Positions 58,197 to 64,000 of a stretch of DNA of 64,000 bases are shown one piece after another (position 1 is the stretch's first letter; each line of letters opens with the position of its first letter). The stretch is taken from NCBI GenBank assembly GCA_000146465.1, contig CP001949.1; one strand, given 5' to 3'. Made by a program: the position numbers and the translations under genes. Under the pieces are notes generated by a model that was not told the origin of the DNA, ran no database searches, and saw only the letters and a list, made by a program, of their open reading frames with translations.

Positions 58197-58472
58197 ATGG
58201 AGTTGCGATATAGATTGTAAGTGGAAGCAACTAATTTTAGGGTTTTTGGCAGAAAGGGTGTTCTGATCGAAGACCGAGCTCTGAAGGAGTTTGTGAGCGG
58301 GCTTATCCGGGGCTTTGGGGGCCTTGATTTGCTGAGCAGAGTTAGTGTAAGATGTGATGGAGGAGTGATCAATATCTCGGCGGACAAAGAGGCTTCTAGC
58401 ATTGTGCATGGATCTCTATTTCTCTGCGGAGAGTATAAGTCTGTTGGATGTAGATTTGAGCGAATCGATTAA
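58197..58472 (+). CDS. Small two-exon gene (exons 58197..58216 and 58241..58472), 83 aa, probable ribosomal protein eL38 with a short N-terminal extension
   Basis: A 20-nt first exon (ATGGAGTTGCGATATAGATT) followed by the consensus 24-nt intron GTAAGTGGAAGCAACTAATTTTAG joins in phase to the track ORF, whose apparent start is a GTG inside the intron; VSVRC...ADKEASSIVHGSL parallels eL38 VKFKVRC...DKEKAEKLKQSL. Confidence 0.45.
58217..58240 (+). other. Spliceosomal intron, 24 nt
   Basis: GTAAGTGG...TAATTTTAG. Confidence 0.6.
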
Positions 58473-58529
58473 ATGGTTTATCAAGTGTCATTACTATAAA
58501 TTATTCCAAATGATTTGTTTAAAAAACAG

Positions 58530-59804
58530 ATGCATAGAAAAACAATGACAGAGAGCTTGGATGGATACAGGGAGATAACCGAGATCCGGAGAGACAGGAG
58601 GATTGTGATAAGCTCTGCCGTAGATGTAGTGACTGGAGAAAAGGTTATTCTTGAGGAGGCAGATCTTTCTGGGATTTCTTCGTACTACCAGCCGTTATTG
58701 ATGGGTTTTTTACTAGAGCATGAACTCAACAACTCGCCTTATGTGATGAAGGTGATGAGGGTTTTTGAGAGCTCTAACCGAATTTATGTGGTACAGAGGC
58801 ATATGTCTCTTGGGCCTGTGGATACTACGATTGGAAACCAAATCTTTGTGAGCGATGACTTTGTGTTCTATGTATTTATGCAAGTGGTGTATGCCATGAA
58901 GCTGAACGGGGAAGAGGGATGGTTTTGGGACCGAATGTCGCCAAGATACATATGGATTGATGAGGATGGGAAAGTCCGAATATGCTGGGCAGATGTTGTA
59001 TTGGGGAATATGAAGGCGATGGTTAAGCAGTTGGATAAGTGGAACGGAAGAATGAAGAGTGAAGAGAAGACAACAGGGGGAGATAAGGTTAATTCTGGGT
59101 GCGAGGGGTCGGTGTCCTTTGGAAATCTAAGAAGGATTTTTGTGTCGCTAGCTCTGGGTGTATCGGAAGTGTCGAAAGTCATGTATTCTTGGAACGGCAG
59201 GATTGGGAGATCTGGATTCTTGGGACATATCCAGGGTCTTTCGCCGGATCTAGACGGGCTTGCATCGCTTCTGTTTGAGGATGGAGTCGGGATAAAAGAT
59301 CTTGAAGAGTATACACGGAGGATGATCCAAGAAAAGAGAATAGCCAGTAATCCTCGGGAGATATTCAAATCCCTGGGAACTGTTTTGGAAGAGATGAAAA
59401 GAGACGAAAACAAGACGTTGGAAGAAACAAGGGCATGGAATGGAAAGTCCCCGAGAACAGAAGAACCGGAAAGCGGAAGTGGGTCTGAGGAGAGCGGGAG
59501 AAATATGAGCGAGAGTGGGAGTAGAGGAGATGATGAAAGAGTTGGATCTTTTGGGACAAGAGAGTACAGAAAAGGGAGATTCTATGTATGCGATGCCATT
59601 CCCTTAGGAGAAAGAGAAAAAGGCCTAGGGATGAATGATCAGATGAAGAGAATGGGCCGAATTGTGAATGTACAAAATCGGCAGATAAGTCTTCTTACAG
59701 GTGTAATGAGGAAATCAGGACTCCTAGACAAGGAGACAGATGCAGAACTTGGAGAATTAGAAGATCTAGTGAATTTTCTGTTGTTTGGAGTGGAGAGGCA
59801 GTAG
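58530..59804 (+). CDS. Protein-kinase-like protein, probably a pseudokinase
   Basis: Kinase-fold landmarks are degenerate (no GxGxxG; HRD replaced by WDRMSP; DFG replaced by WAD); the track start at 58515 is a TTG; the ATG is at 58530. Confidence 0.35.
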   Translation: MHRKTMTESLDGYREITEIRRDRRIVISSAVDVVTGEKVILEEADLSGISSYYQPLLMGFLLEHELNNSPYVMKVMRVFESSNRIYVVQRHMSLGPVDTTIGNQIFVSDDFVFYVFMQVVYAMKLNGEEGWFWDRMSPRYIWIDEDGKVRICWADVVLGNMKAMVKQLDKWNGRMKSEEKTTGGDKVNSGCEGSVSFGNLRRIFVSLALGVSEVSKVMYSWNGRIGRSGFLGHIQGLSPDLDGLASLLFEDGVGIKDLEEYTRRMIQEKRIASNPREIFKSLGTVLEEMKRDENKTLEETRAWNGKSPRTEEPESGSGSEESGRNMSESGSRGDDERVGSFGTREYRKGRFYVCDAIPLGEREKGLGMNDQMKRMGRIVNVQNRQISLLTGVMRKSGLLDKETDAELGELEDLVNFLLFGVERQ

Positions 59805-59867
59805 AAACATATTATAGATAAAATCTGTTTAATCTATTTCTTCTTTGAACGATCTCCAAGCCCTCGA

Positions 59868-60758
59868 ATGGAGGAAATCGTTTACTTATGCGATTTGAGC
59901 TTTTACTCGTCGTCTGTGGCAGGAGATTCGCTAATTGCCTCGGACAAGATGGGGGGAGTACACATAATAGCTCCGGAAATAAGCACAGTGAATATAGATC
60001 ATTTCAAGAAGGATGTTAACTTCTATCCTGTTGATGATTTATGCTTCACCACCACAGACATGTTCAAGGGAATACGGGTGTGGGATAGATGCCGGGGAGA
60101 CATAGTGTATTCATATAAAGAAGATAGCATCAAGATGCATACATACAGCAGGACGGGATGTTTAGCAGCTGTTGGAGAAGGATGTGTGAAACTTTATGAT
60201 CTCCGTGTCAGGTACAATATTGATGCAGTGCCTCTAAAGATGTGCAAGAAAGCAGAATGGGGAAATGACAGGATTTATTGCATCAACGACGAGTGTGTGG
60301 TTGAATATGATACTCGGAACATGAGTAGCATGGTATGCGGAGAGAAGAATGAGGCCTATCTGAAGAAAAAGAATATTGAGGGAATTCTCGACCTTATCAG
60401 TATTAGTAAGGGGGAGTTTTGTACGGTGAAAAGAGATGGGGTCCCATATCTCATGAGATTGTCTGGGGTAGATGTGATGGAAGGGACAAGAAGAGCATCG
60501 ATTGGATGGAAGATGATAAAGGTTAAGGATACGTCTGATGATTTTGTGATTGGAATGGTAAGCGAAAACACTGTAGGATTCTACGGGTATAAGGACACGT
60601 GGACTCATGAATTTGATGGGATTAGTCATGTGGACTGGATGTGCTTTTCCAAAAGGAAAATCTATATGTTTGCAGATAAAAAGATTTATCTCATAGAGAG
60701 AGAGTACGAAGGGTTGAAGGAGCTTATGAAGGAAGGGCCTGGGTCCTTGGAAGAATGA
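59868..60758 (+). CDS. Hypothetical beta-rich (WD-like) protein, 296 aa
   Basis: The ATG is preceded by CAAGCCCTCGA. Confidence 0.4.
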   Translation: MEEIVYLCDLSFYSSSVAGDSLIASDKMGGVHIIAPEISTVNIDHFKKDVNFYPVDDLCFTTTDMFKGIRVWDRCRGDIVYSYKEDSIKMHTYSRTGCLAAVGEGCVKLYDLRVRYNIDAVPLKMCKKAEWGNDRIYCINDECVVEYDTRNMSSMVCGEKNEAYLKKKNIEGILDLISISKGEFCTVKRDGVPYLMRLSGVDVMEGTRRASIGWKMIKVKDTSDDFVIGMVSENTVGFYGYKDTWTHEFDGISHVDWMCFSKRKIYMFADKKIYLIEREYEGLKELMKEGPGSLEE

Positions 60759-60820
60759 GCAAGGAAGCCCCTGGAGATTGTAGTGAATAAAAATGGATTA
60801 GGAGATGGGCTGTAAACAAA

Positions 60821-62986
60821 ATGAAATTCAAGAGGACAATACAGAAAACATTTGGATCGTCGAAGATAAAGAGTATACAGGTGCATCCTACCAAGCCGAT
60901 AGGGATAATGGGGCTGTTTTCTGGGGATATCCAGGTTTGGGACATCGACAAAATGGGAATGATAAACAGCATCCATGTGTGTAATGAACCGATAAGAACC
61001 TGTGCAATCTTGAGTAGGATGGACTGGGTACTTGTGGGAAGTGACAACGGAAAGGTTAGCATATACGAACTGGGAAAGTACAGGAAGATCAAGATGTTTC
61101 ATGGGCATGACGACTTCATCAGGAAGATCGAGGTCCACCCACAGGAACCGATGTTTTTGACTGCCTCCGATGATTCGACACTGAAGAGCTGGACATATGA
61201 AGAGGAGATTGTTCAGAAGATGGTATACACAGGACACAAGCACTTTGTAATGGATGTTTGTTTTTACCCGAATGACTGCAGTAAGTTCGTATCGTGCTCT
61301 CTGGACTCCACAATCAAGGTATGGCACATAGGACAGCCGCATTGTGTGAAAACGTTCAAGGGACACGCGTCTGGAGTAAACAGTATATGCTTTCTGAGTG
61401 GAGATTATCTGGTTTCTGGGGCAGACGACCTAACATTGAAGGTTTGGGACTTCCAAACAACACAGTGCATAACAACCCTCGCAGGACATACAAACAATGT
61501 CAACAAGGTGTATCCGTTTAGTAGCTTCTCTCTTTTTGCTTCATGTGGAGAGGATGGAAGCATGCGGCTATGGAACAGCAAGACATTCAAGCAGGAGGAT
61601 CTGATTATGCTGCAAGGGGGAAGAGTATGGGATGTGAAGGAGAAGGACGGAAGGATAATTGTTGGGTGTGATGAAGAGCTTGTCTTTATCAATGCTTGGC
61701 AGGGATCATCTCTTGTTCGGATGAGTAGGAACAGAATATTCTACTCTGCATCTGGGTCTATGTTTGGTACCAGGAGTGACAACATAGGTGTGGTCAAAGA
61801 GTTGCATAACATTGGATTCTACCCCGACGAGTTAGAGGTGTCCCCGAGTGGAAAGACAATAGCAGTTGGGAACGAGGGAGAGTTTAAGATCTTTTCATCT
61901 CTGGGATTTCGAAACAAGTTTGGCGGAGAGGGAAGAGATTTCCACTTCATAGAGGATGATGAATTTGTTGTGAGAAACGGAGAGGTTGTGAACTTCTACA
62001 AGAAGGCCGAAGTGATCCGAAGTATTAGCATCAAGGGGATCAGCAAAGTGTTTTTTCTAAGTCCTAGGTTGATAGGATGCAATGTCTGCGATCAGACGAG
62101 AATTTACCTATCTACTGGAGAGTTCGTGTCATCTGTTAGTCATGCGTCCGACCATCTTGCCATGATCGGAGACTTTCTGATTGCATGTGGAGCATTTATA
62201 AGCATCTACAGAGTGGACCATGAAGTGATCAACGGGTTTATTGAACAGGAGATTGAGATTCCAGAGGAAGGGATAAAGGAAGCATTAATACATCTTGGGA
62301 CTGAGTACTATTCGGTAGCATCCTGGTGTGCAAAAGAAGATGTTTTCTACTTTGTATCAAATGGTAAGGGATACTATCTCATCCTGGGAGACAAGCCATA
62401 TGTATATCATTTTTCATCTATTGACGGCACAATTGCCGGAGTTGAGAACGGAGTTCTGTTTTATCTCCGCGACAAATCAATTGAGTGCAAAAGGATAGAT
62501 GGGGAGTTTCTTGAGTTCCAAAGATCTGTAATACTTGGGAAAGAATACAAGGTGACGGAGGGGATCCGCAGTAAGGCGATTGCATTTTTCGAGTCTCTGG
62601 AAATGCACGAGAATGCTCTAGATCTTTGCATAGACGACAACCAGAGATTTGAGATTCTTCTCAAGCTGGACAGGTATGATGAGGCATTTTCAAAAGCAAA
62701 CAGTATAGTCAAGTATGACAAGCTTGGAAGATACTTTCTCAGGGCCGGAGAGCTTCCGAAGGCATCTGAATGCTTTCTTAAGTCGAGGAACTGGGTAAGC
62801 TTGCTCCTTTCAGACATTCTATCTTCGAAGAAAAATCTTTCTCTTGCAGCATCCGAGTGTAAAAAAGAGGGAAGGCTGAACCATGCATTCTTCGCATACC
62901 TCAAGAGCGGACAGTATATTGAGTGTGCCAAACTGCTGGAAAAAACTCCTTTCTCGACCTTGTTTGCTAAGAACTATCTTGATTAA
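60821..62986 (+). CDS. Coatomer subunit beta-prime (COPB2/Sec27), short form
   Basis: N-terminal WD40 propellers (IQVHPTKPIGIMGLFSGDIQVWD... compare [23 protein letters not shown]) and a C-terminal alpha-solenoid. Confidence 0.85.
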   Translation: MKFKRTIQKTFGSSKIKSIQVHPTKPIGIMGLFSGDIQVWDIDKMGMINSIHVCNEPIRTCAILSRMDWVLVGSDNGKVSIYELGKYRKIKMFHGHDDFIRKIEVHPQEPMFLTASDDSTLKSWTYEEEIVQKMVYTGHKHFVMDVCFYPNDCSKFVSCSLDSTIKVWHIGQPHCVKTFKGHASGVNSICFLSGDYLVSGADDLTLKVWDFQTTQCITTLAGHTNNVNKVYPFSSFSLFASCGEDGSMRLWNSKTFKQEDLIMLQGGRVWDVKEKDGRIIVGCDEELVFINAWQGSSLVRMSRNRIFYSASGSMFGTRSDNIGVVKELHNIGFYPDELEVSPSGKTIAVGNEGEFKIFSSLGFRNKFGGEGRDFHFIEDDEFVVRNGEVVNFYKKAEVIRSISIKGISKVFFLSPRLIGCNVCDQTRIYLSTGEFVSSVSHASDHLAMIGDFLIACGAFISIYRVDHEVINGFIEQEIEIPEEGIKEALIHLGTEYYSVASWCAKEDVFYFVSNGKGYYLILGDKPYVYHFSSIDGTIAGVENGVLFYLRDKSIECKRIDGEFLEFQRSVILGKEYKVTEGIRSKAIAFFESLEMHENALDLCIDDNQRFEILLKLDRYDEAFSKANSIVKYDKLGRYFLRAGELPKASECFLKSRNWVSLLLSDILSSKKNLSLAASECKKEGRLNHAFFAYLKSGQYIECAKLLEKTPFSTLFAKNYLD

Positions 62987-63054
62987 ATAAGTCGGTGGCT
63001 ATGTTCTTCTTTCCAGGACCCGGGATACACAAATTCTGATAGGAAGGATCCCTG

Positions 63055-64000
63055 ATGGAGAATCTAGAAAAATGGTATCCGATAGAGGTGACCACACACA
63101 ACTTGCATTTCCATGAGGAAGCATCCATATTCACAATGCATGGGAATGAAGAGTTTATAGCCACGGGAGGAGGGGATAAGGATATAAGACTGTGGAGGGT
63201 GGAAAAAAGTGCATCTAAGAACAAGGATTTTTGTTATACCACGGCAGCCAACTCCTCTATAAAGATAAGATATCACACAGTACTTTCTGGACATCACAGG
63301 AGCGTTAATTGTGTCAGATTTCAAGGGGATCTATTAGCATCTTGTTCCGATGGTGGAGAAGTCATCTTGTGGAGCGGAGAAAAGCCGCATGTAGTCCGAA
63401 GGATTGATGGAGATGATGCATATGAGCTTGTCTGGGGAAATGGGCATCTCTTTGTTGGGTTTTCCAGCGGAAACATATTGGTGTACCAGGTGACTCTGAA
63501 CAACGAATCTCTTAGAGGGGACGAAAACCATTCCAACTCGAGAGCTTCAAAGGACGAGGATGAGAAAAAGAAAGATTGGAGCCAGGAGATATCTACCAAG
63601 TTGGTGCAGAAGGTACAATGCCATGGAGATATAATACAGGGATTGGCATTTAACCATCGCTTTGGAGTCCTAACATCTTTAAGCAAAGACCGCACGGGAA
63701 GGACGTTTGTGTTTACCGACAAGCTTGTTGCAATAGAGAAAATGGAATATGTTGATGGAGAGAGGCTCTTTACAGCGGGAAGAGGCTTCTTTAGAAGGTT
63801 TTCATACTCTCCAGATGGGAAACTTTTATATCTTGCATGCTGCAAATCCAACACTGTTGCTGTACTTCACTATCCATTCCGAATGGAGCACATGTATGGA
63901 ACAATGGGACCCTTTGACTCGGAACCTTTGAGAATAATGTGTGATGAAAATAAGGTGTTTATTGCAACCAAGAAGAACTTGTATGTGTTTGCGGATCAGA
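63055..64000 (+). CDS. CAF-1 p60 (Cac2/CHAF1B)- or HIRA-like WD40 histone chaperone; 3' end lies outside the window
   Basis: IFTMHGNEEFIATGGGDKDIRLWRVEK...SGHHRSVNCVRFQ.GDLLASCSDGGEVILW and FFRRFSYSPDGKLL parallel the CHAF1B N-terminus; ATG at 63055; the frame stays open to the end of the window. Confidence 0.6.
   Translation, partial: MENLEKWYPIEVTTHNLHFHEEASIFTMHGNEEFIATGGGDKDIRLWRVEKSASKNKDFCYTTAANSSIKIRYHTVLSGHHRSVNCVRFQGDLLASCSDGGEVILWSGEKPHVVRRIDGDDAYELVWGNGHLFVGFSSGNILVYQVTLNNESLRGDENHSNSRASKDEDEKKKDWSQEISTKLVQKVQCHGDIIQGLAFNHRFGVLTSLSKDRTGRTFVFTDKLVAIEKMEYVDGERLFTAGRGFFRRFSYSPDGKLLYLACCKSNTVAVLHYPFRMEHMYGTMGPFDSEPLRIMCDENKVFIATKKNLYVFADQ

Noticed and set aside
61282-61320. GTAAGTTCG...CAATCAAG inside the coatomer beta-prime coding region
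   Set aside because: It lies in a conserved WD40 blade in frame and lacks the TAATTTTAG 3' motif.
1-64000. Prokaryotic-type features (operons, CRISPR arrays, IS elements, phage genes)
   Set aside because: None seen. Gene content, tRNA intron, spliceosomal introns and protein families are eukaryotic nuclear. No direct-repeat/spacer periodicity or transposase-like ORFs were noticed.

Overview
This 64 kb window reads as compact eukaryotic nuclear DNA with about 60 protein genes on both strands, two tRNA genes, and almost no intergenic space. Neighbouring genes have start or stop codons 12–60 bp apart in several places, and most proteins are shorter than their typical orthologues. The recognisable proteins are eukaryotic housekeeping genes:
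- Ribosomal proteins: uL4, eS4, uS15 (S13), eS25 in two copies, uL14 (L23), and a probable eL38.
- Vesicle trafficking: coatomer beta, coatomer beta-prime, a Rab5-like GTPase, RER1 and SRP19.
- Translation and RNA metabolism: eIF4E, RACK1, a DDX5/Dbp2 helicase, CAF1/POP2, Trm112, two Rpp30-type RNase P/MRP subunits and PHF5A.
- Transcription: Rpb4, Elp3, a Tfc4-like TPR protein and an HSF/Skn7-like factor.
- DNA repair and chromosome biology: XPF/ERCC4, OGG1, endonuclease III, a Rad3-family helicase, a Rad21 kleisin, a kinesin motor and a CAF-1 p60/HIRA-like WD40 protein.
- Other: a PKA regulatory subunit, a UBE2H-like E2 and a Cfd1/Nbp35-type Fe-S ATPase.

Four general properties point to a microsporidian-like, extremely reduced eukaryote of moderate GC (by eye), though I cannot name the species from sequence alone:
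- Many ATG start codons are preceded within about 15 nt by a CCC/CCCC run.
- Five spliceosomal introns in three otherwise cryptic genes are all 23–24 nt with a nearly invariant GTAAGTG...TAATTTTAG.
- A tRNA-Tyr gene carries a 12-nt intron.
- A cytosolic Fe-S assembly ATPase is retained.

The supplied ORF track uses GTG/TTG as start codons, so I re-derived many gene starts by hand.

The observations most worth a second look are:
- A perfect ~404-bp inverted duplication of the complete eS25 gene, flanking the uS15 gene and an acidic-protein gene.
- The uniform micro-introns, which reveal three multi-exon genes that the ORF track splits or hides.
- A Rad21/Scc1 kleisin gene interrupted by a single in-frame TAG.
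- A tandem pair of divergent Rpp30 (RNase P/MRP p30) paralogues.
- A pair of paralogous tail-anchored membrane proteins about 7.5 kb apart.
- A heat-shock-factor DNA-binding domain fused to a response-regulator receiver-like domain (Skn7-like).
- The recurrent CCC and GGATCC(C)TG motifs immediately upstream of start codons.
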